NCBI GenBank assembly: GCA_965279035.1
Contig: OZ257142.1
Span: 2,752,001 to 2,816,000 of the forward strand
DNA from: Bacteroidia bacterium
GTDB taxonomy: Bacteria; Bacteroidota; Bacteroidia; M30B66
Reading direction: 5' to 3'
DNA: 64,000 nt
Part shown: positions 1-9,434 of the stretch, in pieces
Position numbering within the stretch: position 1 is the first letter of the stretch
Layout: the number at the start of each line of letters is the position of its first letter
Made by a program: the position numbers and the translations under genes
Notes under the pieces: model-generated
The model's input: only the letters and a program-made list of their open reading frames with translations
What the model was told of the DNA's origin: nothing
Databases searched by the model: none

Positions 1-290
1 TCAAAACCTTCATCTTGATAAGTTCCACCAAGTGTTTTGGTCCATTCAGGCTCACCCGATTCATCTAATTTCACTACCCAGATATCACTGCTACCATGAT
101 TTCCTTCCACTTCACCATCATAGGAAGTAGTAGATCCAATCACAATTAAACCTCCATCGACAGTAGGTCTTACCGATTTAGCATTTTCATAGGAAGCTCC
201 ACCATAACAACGTGTCCAAAGTGTGTCGGGTGCTTGAGAAAAAGATTGAAAACAGATGCTGAAAAATAAAACCGACACTGAATAACGCAT
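1..290 (-). CDS. Partial (runs off window) secreted beta-propeller-repeat protein, likely T9SS cargo
   Basis: Not in the ORF track. Manual translation from ATG 290: MRYSVSVLFFSICFQSFSQAPDTLWTRCYGGASYE...GNHGSSDIWVVKLDESGEPEWTKTLGGT, i.e. signal peptide plus W-x-x-x-x-GG repeats typical of Bacteroidota secreted proteins. Confidence 0.75.
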   Translation of the reverse strand, partial: MRYSVSVLFFSICFQSFSQAPDTLWTRCYGGASYENAKSVRPTVDGGLIVIGSTTSYDGEVEGNHGSSDIWVVKLDESGEPEWTKTLGGTYQDEGF

Positions 291-387
291 TCGAAAAATA
301 AATTTAGATGCGCTAAATTGAAATGACTTAGTTCAATTATAATATCAGAATGAGCCTATGGTTAAAATGAATGATTAAGTGGTAGAA

Positions 388-2724
388 TTAACTCAACACC
401 TCAAATCCACAACTTATCGAATTTCCTTGATCATCCACTAAAGTGAGTTTGTGTTTTCCTGGTATCGGTTGTAATTGCAGCTGATGAATATCGCGGGTTG
501 ATCCAATAAATTCATCATCTAAATGCCAATAAATAACTGCATCTGAACGACGATGATTGGCTTCGAAAATGGTTGCTGTTGGAATTCCTTCTAATCCAAT
601 CGGCACCGATATACGACTATTTTTTCGTGGATAAACGAGCGCAATATTTTGTTCCGGTTCAGGCTCGCAACCCAGTTTCCAAGCAGGTAAAGGAGCATAC
701 GTTGGAGTATGTTGAGCATAATAATTTTCCATCACTGGAGGCAATACAAACCAATTCACATGTCGCATGGAGCTGACATCAGCACAGGAACTATTTACAC
801 GCAAAGGCTCACGAGCATCTAAATGTATGCGTTGGTGATACGGACAAGCTTTGCTGTACATCGCCGATTCGGGTAATTTAAGAAATAAGGTATCAGTGCA
901 ATATTCTGTCAAACGGAAACCACTTTGTGCACAAATAGGCAGCGTTTTCATTTTATCGACAGGCTTGGTAAACCAACCATCATAAGGAAGTTTGTCGAAA
1001 ATATCGAACAATACTGGTGCAGCACAACTTATACCTGTCAATCCGGGGCGACCTTCTCCACTTGCATTTCCAACCCAAACACCAACCACATAACGAGGTG
1101 TTACCCCAATGCTCCAAGCATCGCGAAATCCATAGCTAGTTCCTGTTTTCCAAGCAATCTTTTTCCCTTTCCCCAATTCCTTCCATTGAGCTTCCTCACC
1201 GGGACGATTCACTTCCACCATTGCATCCAACATCAACCAAGCAGATGCTGGAGAAAATCCCGTATTCAATGTGTTTTTAGCATTTGATTTACCCTGAATA
1301 TATGAAGCTAAATGTGGGTCATTTGATAGTTTGCGCTCATTTGCACGAAGCTCTCGAGCTAATCTACCATAGGCATTACATAAATCCCACAAGCTCACTT
1401 CAGCTCCACCAAGAATTAAAGCTAAACCATAATGAGAAGCCGGTCGATTGATTGTACTCAGCCCCAATCGACGAAGTTTCTGATGAAATTTCTCCACACC
1501 AAAATCGCCCAGTAAACGCACCATTGGAATATTCAACGAACGTGATAATGCCTCTTTAGCTGGAACAGCACCATCGTACGTATGATTAAAATTTTTAGGC
1601 GAAAATCCTGACAGATGCGTAGGAATATCTGGGAGCAAACTGTTAGGTGTAATAAGTCCTTCATCCAATGCAGATGCATACAACAAAGGTTTCAAGATAC
1701 TGCCAGAGCTTCTGGGAGCACGAATAACATCTACAACATCGCCCATTTCGTGGCTAGAACTAAAATCGCTGATATTGCCAACATAGGATACAACTTGGTT
1801 TGTTTTTAAATCGATAACAAGAGATGCCATATGATGAACATCATTCGTTTTAAACCTCGCATTATGCATCATCATAACCTGTTGAATTTGCTTTTGAAGA
1901 TCGCTATTGATGGTTGAATGAATCACGGTTGCTCCATGTCCCTCTGCAATGGCACGATCCATTAATTGGGTGGCGAGTTGTGGAATAGGAAACGGTTTCT
2001 GAGGTAAAGGCTCTTGAAGTGCAAGTTCCAAATCGGTATCATCTAAATAATTGGCTTCATGCATTCGATTCAATAATCGATTTCGTTTGCTCAATAAGCG
2101 ATGTTGGTTTTTACCTGGAAATATTAAACTCGGTGCATTGGGAAGTACCGCTAATGTAGCCGATTCTGCCCAACTCAACTTATCAGATGGTCGACCAAAA
2201 TATCTCCATGACGCAGCATCCAATCCCACCACATTTCCTCCAAAAGGGGCATTCGAAGAATACAGTGCAAGAATTTCTTCTTTCGAATATTGGATTTCGA
2301 TACGAGTTGCCCAAATACTTTCAATCAGCTTATCCCAGATACCACGATCAGAATTTTTCCTCGACATACGCGCTAATTGCATCGTTAAGGTACTTCCTCC
2401 ACTTTTCACTTGCATACTTTGCGAATTCTGCCAAAGTGCTCGTCCAACAGCTTTGGGACTAACTCCAATATGATCATAAAAATCGCGGTCCTCAAACTGA
2501 ATGATTGCCTGTTTAAATCGATAAGGCACTTGCGAATTATAGGGAAAACGCCACTGCCCGTCGGCTGCAATCCTTGCCGATAAAAGATTTCCATCTCGAT
2601 CTTCCAAAACTGTACAGGCTGGATCGGCAAATAAATGATCTGGTAAACAAAAGGTGTAAAACCCAAGTAGGAAGCAGAATAACTCGGGTAAAATGAATTT
2701 CAAAAAGCGTTTAACTCGTTTCAT
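388..2724 (-). CDS. pbpC: Penicillin-binding protein 1C (transglycosylase + transpeptidase + C-terminal domain)
   Basis: EDRDFY and GGSTLTMQ glycosyltransferase motifs; SILK, SLN, KTGT transpeptidase motifs; DGQWRF N-terminal and YWHLDD C-terminal PBP1C signatures. Start moved to ATG 2724 (MKRVKRFL). Confidence 0.93.
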   Translation of the reverse strand: MKRVKRFLKFILPELFCFLLGFYTFCLPDHLFADPACTVLEDRDGNLLSARIAADGQWRFPYNSQVPYRFKQAIIQFEDRDFYDHIGVSPKAVGRALWQNSQSMQVKSGGSTLTMQLARMSRKNSDRGIWDKLIESIWATRIEIQYSKEEILALYSSNAPFGGNVVGLDAASWRYFGRPSDKLSWAESATLAVLPNAPSLIFPGKNQHRLLSKRNRLLNRMHEANYLDDTDLELALQEPLPQKPFPIPQLATQLMDRAIAEGHGATVIHSTINSDLQKQIQQVMMMHNARFKTNDVHHMASLVIDLKTNQVVSYVGNISDFSSSHEMGDVVDVIRAPRSSGSILKPLLYASALDEGLITPNSLLPDIPTHLSGFSPKNFNHTYDGAVPAKEALSRSLNIPMVRLLGDFGVEKFHQKLRRLGLSTINRPASHYGLALILGGAEVSLWDLCNAYGRLARELRANERKLSNDPHLASYIQGKSNAKNTLNTGFSPASAWLMLDAMVEVNRPGEEAQWKELGKGKKIAWKTGTSYGFRDAWSIGVTPRYVVGVWVGNASGEGRPGLTGISCAAPVLFDIFDKLPYDGWFTKPVDKMKTLPICAQSGFRLTEYCTDTLFLKLPESAMYSKACPYHQRIHLDAREPLRVNSSCADVSSMRHVNWFVLPPVMENYYAQHTPTYAPLPAWKLGCEPEPEQNIALVYPRKNSRISVPIGLEGIPTATIFEANHRRSDAVIYWHLDDEFIGSTRDIHQLQLQPIPGKHKLTLVDDQGNSISCGFEVLS

Positions 2725-2813
2725 TGGACAAAATCTGAAACGAAAATGCTTTTTCCATTCCTTTATCAAGTTATATTTCGAGAATCTGCTGATATCCAAC
2801 TAGAATTCGTTTG

Positions 2814-2944
2814 TGCATGCCCTTTTATGCCTACGCAAAATTCATCAGTATAAAAGGTCGCGTCTTCGCCTCATAGTCCTCTTGGACACCTTCGCCCTTG
2901 CTCGGCGCCCAATGCGGGCTAGTTCCGGCTCAACCGCTCATGCA
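2814..2944 (-). ncRNA. Flavo-1-like structured repeat/ncRNA, copy B
   Basis: Minus strand TGCATGAGCGGTTGAGCCGGA...GAGGCGAAGACGCGACC...GGGCATGCA, sharing blocks with 30730-30860; closing stem GCATG/CATGC; G-U wobbles work on the minus strand. Confidence 0.6.
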
Positions 2945-3439
2945 AATGCCGATATAATTTTCTAAAAACGTGTATGATGTCTTTAGCATTAATCTATCAA
3001 CAGCTATGTTAATATTTCGAAAAATCCTGATTTAACAGTTCTTTCAGCAATATTTCTGAGAAATTTTTTATGAACAGGTTTGTCAAAAACTAGCCGATCT
3101 TAAATGTTTAAATCGGATATATGTGATCATTTTTTTGTTTCTTTCAGCCGGTGGGTGGTTAGAGGTCGGCCCCCGCATGCGCGAGATGCTTTCCCCTATT
3201 TTACTAGATTTTCAGAAAAAATTCATAGTTGTAAAAATAAAAAAACGAGGAGAATTTTCTAAGTTTCTATAATTTCTAAATCAAAATAGCATCGATCACA
3301 TGAAACAGAAATTATCATTTTTGAATATTCCCAAAAAATTGAATTTCAGCAATCATATTAACTGAAAAATTCGAAAAATAAATCATTGATGAATTCCTAC
3401 TCGTATCAAATCAAAATTCGCTACCTACAACAACTTAAC

Positions 3440-3447
3440 TAACTTTG
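3440..3447 (+). promoter_or_regulatory. Bacteroidota sigma70 -7 element TAACTTTG for the phasin-kinase operon
   Basis: Exact TAnnTTTG match 41 nt upstream of ATG 3489. Confidence 0.65.
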
Positions 3448-3488
3448 CGTTTCATTGCCGTTCATACTAATTTACAAATTCCAACATC

Positions 3489-3797
3489 ATGGAAGAGAAA
3501 CTTAAAAACCTATTTTATCAAGGATTAGGTGTAGTTGCAATCACACGCGATAAAGTGGAAAAAGCCGTTGCCGAAATGGTCGAAAAAGGGAAAATGTCAC
3601 GCGAAGAAGGCAAGAAGCTTTTTGATGAAATAACAGCTGAAACGCATAAAGCGGGTGCCGAATTCAAAGAAAATAGCAAGGAAACAATCCGCGAATGGAT
3701 CGAAAAAACTGGCGTTCCATCTCGAGATGAATTTGACGCACTTAAATCCCGTGTCGAAGCGCTAGAAAAAGAAAAAGCATCTTCAACTGAAGCGTGA
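3489..3797 (+). CDS. Phasin-like (PHA granule-associated family) small helical protein
   Basis: GLGVVAITRDKVEKAV...EKGKMSREEGKK...VPSRDEFDALKSRVEALE pattern. Confidence 0.75.
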   Translation: MEEKLKNLFYQGLGVVAITRDKVEKAVAEMVEKGKMSREEGKKLFDEITAETHKAGAEFKENSKETIREWIEKTGVPSRDEFDALKSRVEALEKEKASSTEA

Positions 3798-5440
3798 TCT
3801 CCTCGGGAAAAAGATATCGGAAAGTATTTGGAATTTTGGCCCATCATGGATTCGACGATATCGTTGGACAATTGAGTGGACAAAAATGGATTCGTCTATT
3901 CCGAAAAAAAAGAACACCTGAGCAAGAAGCTCAAAAAATAAAAGACCGTTGGATTCGACTTCGATTGGTCTTGGAAGAATTAGGTCCAACGTATATTAAA
4001 TTTGGGCAAGTATTAAGTAACCGACCGGGTTTATTGCCCGATGATTTGGTTTTGGAATTAGCAAAATTGCAAGATGCTGTTCCTCCTTTTACATATGAAG
4101 AAGTAAAATCAATCCTTGAATCAGAATTTAAAAAACCTATTACTGAATTATTTCAAAGCATCGAAATAATTCCAATTGCCTCTGCATCCATTGCTCAAGT
4201 TCACAAAGCTGTTTTATTGAGTGGTGAAAAAGTAGCCGTTAAAGTTCAACGTCCCGGAATTGAAGAAATCATTCGTGCAGACGTTGAAATACTGCGCGAT
4301 ATAGCAGGCTTGATGATGCGTTCGGAGGAATTGTCATCACTACGACCTAAAGAATTAGTTGCTGCCTTTGAACGATCGATTCTTGAAGAATTGGATTTTC
4401 GAAAAGAAGCCGTTCACCTACGCCGTTTCAATGAGCAATTTCAAGGAGATACGCTTGTAAAAATACCAACTCTTTATTCTACCTATTGTTCGAGTAAAGT
4501 CATTACTCTTGAGTATATTGATGGAATTAAAATAAATAAAACCGATGAACTGAAAGCTCAAGGTTACGACCTTAAAGCGATTGCCCGAAGAGGATTTGAT
4601 GCCTATTTCAAACAGATTTTCGAATGGGGATATTTTCATGCTGATCCTCATCCAGGAAATTTAATGGTTTTACCAGGAGAAGTGATTGGTATTCTTGATT
4701 TCGGAATGGTAGGGCGATTGAGTGAAAAAGATCGAGCGGCTTTGGTTGAATTTATTATTGGATTAGGAAGCGATGACACAGCGCGTATTGTAAAAAATAT
4801 AGAAAAACTTCAAGGTTCTGAAATTGCCGACAAGCCTGCTTTAGAAGTTGATATGTCTGCCTTTATTGAAGAATTTGGAACGCAAGCGGTTAAAGACATC
4901 GACTTAAATGAAGCATTAAATCGAGGTCGTTTATTAATCAATAAGCACAAACTCAAACTCAATCCCGATTTGTTTTTATTGCTCCGAACTGTTTCTATGT
5001 TAGAAGGACTTGGGATGAGTTTAGATCCAGAGTTTCGGTCTTTAGAAGTAATAAAACCATATGCATTTAAGCTTTTACAAAAAAACCTAAACCCCAAAAA
5101 TCTATTTAAAAGCAGAAAAATTATTTCCGCTTTAGCTGATTTAGCTTCATTAGCAGCATCATTTCCCGGTGATGCACGAAAGATTGTAGATAAACTTAAA
5201 AACGACCAAGTAAAAGTTCAAATCGATGATCGAGCTACACGACAATTAGCCAAAGAAGTGAATTTAGCAAGCAAACGAATTGGGAATTCACTCATTTTCA
5301 TGACACTTTTTGCAGGCGCATGTTATTTAAGTTCTTTGCCTCTTCCTCTCACATGGGGAATATTAAATACACCTTCAATTCTTTGCTTTGCAGCTTCAGC
5401 CTTGGTATTAATTAATATCTGGTATTTGAGGAGAAAATAA
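3794..5440 (+). CDS. ABC1/AarF/UbiB-family atypical kinase with C-terminal TM helices
   Basis: LGPTYIKFGQ, ASASIAQVH, VAVKVQRP, FHADPHPGN, DFGMVG motifs; GTG start overlaps the phasin stop (GTGA). Confidence 0.92.
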   Translation: MISSGKRYRKVFGILAHHGFDDIVGQLSGQKWIRLFRKKRTPEQEAQKIKDRWIRLRLVLEELGPTYIKFGQVLSNRPGLLPDDLVLELAKLQDAVPPFTYEEVKSILESEFKKPITELFQSIEIIPIASASIAQVHKAVLLSGEKVAVKVQRPGIEEIIRADVEILRDIAGLMMRSEELSSLRPKELVAAFERSILEELDFRKEAVHLRRFNEQFQGDTLVKIPTLYSTYCSSKVITLEYIDGIKINKTDELKAQGYDLKAIARRGFDAYFKQIFEWGYFHADPHPGNLMVLPGEVIGILDFGMVGRLSEKDRAALVEFIIGLGSDDTARIVKNIEKLQGSEIADKPALEVDMSAFIEEFGTQAVKDIDLNEALNRGRLLINKHKLKLNPDLFLLLRTVSMLEGLGMSLDPEFRSLEVIKPYAFKLLQKNLNPKNLFKSRKIISALADLASLAASFPGDARKIVDKLKNDQVKVQIDDRATRQLAKEVNLASKRIGNSLIFMTLFAGACYLSSLPLPLTWGILNTPSILCFAASALVLINIWYLRRK

Positions 5441-6322
5441 TCATCCTCCAATTAGTAATACCTTCCACGCTTTTTGAATTTCCCCTTTATTGAGCAATTG
5501 CTGAGCAAGGCGATGTGATGCGAAATCACTTTCAGAAACCGATTCCATCAAGATATCAAATTCTCCTGATGTTTTAAAATCAGTTAATTCCTCTTCGTTA
5601 GGGATATGCTCCACATTTCCTAATTGACCTAAATTATTTCCAGTTAAAACAGGTGAAAAACGAATATGTTGAGGAATTGAATCTACCCCAATTCCAAGTG
5701 TTGTGAGAGGCTTTTCAACTTCAAACAAAGAAGAACCATGTGCTCTACTATACCAATTTCCACCCATGCGACCAACCAAATCGATCTTCTGTTGATCGAT
5801 ATGATTCTCCCCATTTAGAACTTCATTATGAATATGTGCCATCACCACTTCACATAAAATCAAATTCCCAGCACCACCTTGATCACCGAGAGCGATTACC
5901 TCTTTTACTATACATTCAAATTGAACAGGTGATTCTTTCACCCGGAATGGTTTGATTTTACTTGATGCAATAGCCGTAAATCCAGCCTTTTCGAATTCAT
6001 TCACCCCTTGTGCATATTCTGTACTGGCAAGCGACATTTGTTGAACCATGTCGTAATTCACCACATTGATTACCACTTCCGGAACCTTTAACACATTGTC
6101 GAGTGTGTGTTTTGTTGTATTGTCGCGCACTCTCCGCGCAGGAGAAAAAACCAACATGGGAGGATTGGCACTAAATGCATTGAAAAAACTAAAGGGACTT
6201 AAATTCGGATTTCCATGTTCGTCTATCGTACTTGCAAATGCAATTGGTCTTGGCCCAACTGCTCCTAATAAAATACTATGAAATTTCGCGATAGATACTT
6301 CGTGTGGATCGACTGTTAACAT
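5441..6322 (-). CDS. Flavin reductase family protein (DIM6/NTAB-like)
   Basis: PRPIAFAST, NLSPFSFFN, KHTLDN, VGRMGGNWY motifs. Confidence 0.88.
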   Translation of the reverse strand: MLTVDPHEVSIAKFHSILLGAVGPRPIAFASTIDEHGNPNLSPFSFFNAFSANPPMLVFSPARRVRDNTTKHTLDNVLKVPEVVINVVNYDMVQQMSLASTEYAQGVNEFEKAGFTAIASSKIKPFRVKESPVQFECIVKEVIALGDQGGAGNLILCEVVMAHIHNEVLNGENHIDQQKIDLVGRMGGNWYSRAHGSSLFEVEKPLTTLGIGVDSIPQHIRFSPVLTGNNLGQLGNVEHIPNEEELTDFKTSGEFDILMESVSESDFASHRLAQQLLNKGEIQKAWKVLLIGG

Positions 6323-6339
6323 GAGAAAAAATTAGTGCT

Positions 6340-6347
6340 CAAATTTA
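6340..6347 (-). promoter_or_regulatory. -7 element TAAATTTG for the flavin reductase gene
   Basis: Exact TAnnTTTG on the minus strand, 17 nt before ATG 6322. Confidence 0.6.
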
Positions 6348-6483
6348 GAGTTAATTGTTAGCATTCATTTTCATTAAGATTGTTTTTAATCATCCTGTTT
6401 CATACTCAAGTATTCTATTGAATCTTTTTATCAAAGAATATCTGATTTTCTTTAACGAATAGACTAAGGGAAAAGAATTTTAA

Positions 6484-6491
6484 TAAATTTG
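6484..6491 (+). promoter_or_regulatory. -7 element TAAATTTG for the PUR-family gene
   Basis: Exact TAnnTTTG upstream of ATG 6536. Confidence 0.6.
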
Positions 6492-6535
6492 TCCTGCTAC
6501 CCCTAAATCAAACGCATTTTCTTAACGTACAAAGC

Positions 6536-6907
6536 ATGGATTACAACGAACAACAGGATCGGGAGGAAATTTACTCAAGACCAGTAAGAGCAGGCAAAAG
6601 GACTTATTTCTTTGACGTAAAAAGTACGCGTGGAGATGATTTGTACCTCACCATTACTGAAAGCAAAAAACGCTTCAAGGATGATGGAACATTCTTCTAT
6701 GAAAAACATAAAATCTTTCTATATAAAGAAGATTTCGAAAAATTTACTGAAGGATTGAATGATGCCATTGGATTTATTTCTGATAATAACGTTGGCAATA
6801 CGACAGCTTCACCCGTTAATTCTGAATATACACCAGAACCTGTAAAGGAAGTTGAATCCAATACCTGGTCGAATGTTGAATTTGACGATTTAGACGGTAA
6901 AGCCTAA
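6536..6907 (+). CDS. PUR-family (DUF3276) single-stranded DNA/RNA-binding protein
   Basis: RAGKRTYFFDVK...YLTITESKK...EKHKIFLYKEDFEKF signature with acidic tail. Confidence 0.9.
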   Translation: MDYNEQQDREEIYSRPVRAGKRTYFFDVKSTRGDDLYLTITESKKRFKDDGTFFYEKHKIFLYKEDFEKFTEGLNDAIGFISDNNVGNTTASPVNSEYTPEPVKEVESNTWSNVEFDDLDGKA

Positions 6908-6908
6908 G

Positions 6909-7322
6909 TCAAGCCATTAATATCAAAGCAAAAACACTGGCAATAAAATAGGAAACCAGTCCACTTGCTCCTCCGTAATCTTTGGCGATTCGTTGTCCGA
7001 AAAACAAAAACAGGAGCGAAAGCACCGATAAAGCAGCACCGTAGTAAGCCACTGTGCTGCTTTTGTGTATAATAAGCTCTACTATTCCATATGCTGACAC
7101 TAATCCAGCAGAGATTTCAGAAAGTGTCAATAATATAAATAGGATTGGCACCAATGCACTTAAAAAGGTTTTGGAAAAATGACCGACTAGCCAAGATAAA
7201 TTTTCTTGGAAGTTTGTCATTTTGTCTAATCCTGATTGAATGAATAAAACAGCAAAAAAACTAGAAAATGCAATTTGTGCAATTCGAATAGCTTGTGGAG
7301 CGTGATTGATGTATTGATCCAT
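6909..7322 (-). CDS. DoxX-family membrane protein
   Basis: Four TM helices; FIQSGLDK and FFGQRIAKDYGGA motifs. Confidence 0.8.
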   Translation of the reverse strand: MDQYINHAPQAIRIAQIAFSSFFAVLFIQSGLDKMTNFQENLSWLVGHFSKTFLSALVPILFILLTLSEISAGLVSAYGIVELIIHKSSTVAYYGAALSVLSLLFLFFGQRIAKDYGGASGLVSYFIASVFALILMA

Positions 7323-7441
7323 ACAATTTCATGTTTTTTGGTTCGACACAAGATAACACGCTTGAGTATCAACAGAAAAAAAATGAAGCTGATTTTGAAT
7401 TCAACAGCCGCAACAACCTATTTATCAGAACACTAAAAATA

Positions 7442-7978
7442 TTAGAACTTCATAAAGCCATCCAATTGCTTAGTTAATACTTGAATCGTTGTTTGGTCAA
7501 TCAATTCTTTTTCTTCATTGAGCAAATTGAAAATCTGTGAAATGGGTTGCTTCACAGAATATACTTCGGCATTCAAATAATGCAAAATATCGGTTAAGTG
7601 ATCCATTCCTCTCAAGTTTCCCGCACGACCAGAAGAAACACCTACCAAAGCAAATTTTTTCCCTTTGAAAATATCTGGATTACAGGAATCAATTAATAAT
7701 TTCAGTATACCTGGAATACTTCCATTGTATTCGGGAGATATGATAATAAAGCGGTCGGATGCTTGAAAAATTTCATGTGCATACTTCTTCATATCGTTTT
7801 CACCTTTCTTATAAAATGCTTCATTGATCAATTGAACTGGTATGTTTTCCAAATTCATCACTCGATGTTCAATTCCTTTGTCCTTTAACAATTCAGCATA
7901 TTTCTCCGTTACTTTTCGTGTCATGCTATGATGTCGATTTGTAGCTGAAAGGAGTGTCGTCATATTCATTTGTTCCAT
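7442..7978 (-). CDS. NADPH-dependent FMN reductase
   Basis: SPEYNGSIPGILKLLID and GRAGNLRG motifs; exact start uncertain (several Met). Confidence 0.9.
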   Translation of the reverse strand: MEQMNMTTLLSATNRHHSMTRKVTEKYAELLKDKGIEHRVMNLENIPVQLINEAFYKKGENDMKKYAHEIFQASDRFIIISPEYNGSIPGILKLLIDSCNPDIFKGKKFALVGVSSGRAGNLRGMDHLTDILHYLNAEVYSVKQPISQIFNLLNEEKELIDQTTIQVLTKQLDGFMKF

Positions 7979-8006
7979 GTAAATTGCATCTGTTTAAATT
8001 TCACAG

Positions 8007-8687
8007 ATGTATATAACCTATTTCGGGCATTCTTGTTTTCAAGTTGAAATTGCCGACACAAAGATACTATTCGATCCCTTTATTCGCCCTAATTCTAAAG
8101 CGCAGCAAATTGATCCGCTTAAAATAGAAGCAGATTATCTCCTGGTAAGTCATGGTCATTTCGACCATATAGCTGATGCTGAAGAGATAGCAAAAAACAC
8201 CAATGCACTTCTAATAACCAATTGGGAAATTCATCAATGGTTTGTTAAGAAAGGACTTCAACATGTTCAACCAATGAATAGTGGTGGTAGTTTCAAAACC
8301 CCTTTTGGTAAAATTCACATGACACCTGCCGTTCATTCGAGTAGTTTGCCTGATGGAAGCTATGGAGGAAATCCCAATGGCTTTGCAATCCAATCGAGCG
8401 AAGGAGGCTTTTATTATTCGGGTGATACCGATTTGTTTTCCGATATGCAGCTCATTGCCCGTAGATTTCAACCTTCATTTGCCTTTCTTCCTATTGGGGA
8501 TGTGTTTACCATGAATATTGAAGCAGCCTGTGAAGCAGCAATACTTTTGAGGGTGAGACAAGTGATTGGTATGCATTACGACACTTTTCCGACAATTGAA
8601 ATAGATCATACAGAAGCCAAGGAAAAATTTGCTCAACAAGGCATTGAACTCATTTTGATGCAAATTGGAGAACGCCGTAAAATGTGA
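8007..8687 (+). CDS. Metal-dependent hydrolase, MBL fold (UPF0173-like)
   Basis: GHSCF, SHGHFDH, GDT and MHYDTF motifs. Confidence 0.9.
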   Translation: MYITYFGHSCFQVEIADTKILFDPFIRPNSKAQQIDPLKIEADYLLVSHGHFDHIADAEEIAKNTNALLITNWEIHQWFVKKGLQHVQPMNSGGSFKTPFGKIHMTPAVHSSSLPDGSYGGNPNGFAIQSSEGGFYYSGDTDLFSDMQLIARRFQPSFAFLPIGDVFTMNIEAACEAAILLRVRQVIGMHYDTFPTIEIDHTEAKEKFAQQGIELILMQIGERRKM

Positions 8688-9317
8688 TTAGTGTCGAATG
8701 TGATAATAGAAGAGTTTCACATATTCGTTATTAACCATCAACAATCCAGCTTCATTCCCCCACCAAACATCTTCTTTGTAAGCTGTGCTCGGACTTCCAC
8801 GAAGAATCATTTCAATTCCCGAATTCTTATATAAATCGCGAAAAGCATAATTGATTCTATTGGTGTGGAACTTATCCGAAACTACCATGATCTTATGTAA
8901 TCCATTCAATTTGCAATAGGCTAAAATTGCATCACTTTCTTCGCGCGTGCTTGTACCAATATGCAATACTCGAATTTTATCATCCGATATCCCTGCAGCC
9001 AATAAAGCGATGCGACTCAAATCGGCTTCATCGGTACTATCGCCAATTACTTCAAATATTCGAGGAATAGAAGCACCGGTACACACAACATAAGGTGCAT
9101 ACCCTAATTTTAACAAACGAGCTGCTTCCAAAGAACGATCATTCGGATTTCCACTTAAAACAAACAATGCTTCACATGGACTTAATGCATCTTCTTCAAT
9201 TAAATAATTCCCTGCAAACCGCATGATTGGTCGACGTGCCACATAAATCACAGACAAACAAAAAAGCAATAGCCCAATAATTATAAGAAAGCGCCTTAGT
9301 TTAGGTCGTTTGTGCAT
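8688..9317 (-). CDS. YdcF/ElyC (DUF218) family envelope protein
   Basis: N-terminal TM, VLSG, STREE, SDKFHTNR, EYVKL motifs. Confidence 0.82.
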   Translation of the reverse strand: MHKRPKLRRFLIIIGLLLFCLSVIYVARRPIMRFAGNYLIEEDALSPCEALFVLSGNPNDRSLEAARLLKLGYAPYVVCTGASIPRIFEVIGDSTDEADLSRIALLAAGISDDKIRVLHIGTSTREESDAILAYCKLNGLHKIMVVSDKFHTNRINYAFRDLYKNSGIEMILRGSPSTAYKEDVWWGNEAGLLMVNNEYVKLFYYHIRH

Positions 9318-9434
9318 GCAGCTAACCTACAATTTTTTACGAATATCCTTTGTTCAGAAAACTGTTTATGCTTTCCTATACCAAAAATAGAGGAAACAAC
9401 GTTTTATCGTACTTTCGCCCTGAAGTAAGTACTT

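Noticed and set aside
3794-5440. Assigning the symbol ubiB
   Set aside because: The family match is clear, but there is no ubi gene context and the phylum uses menaquinone
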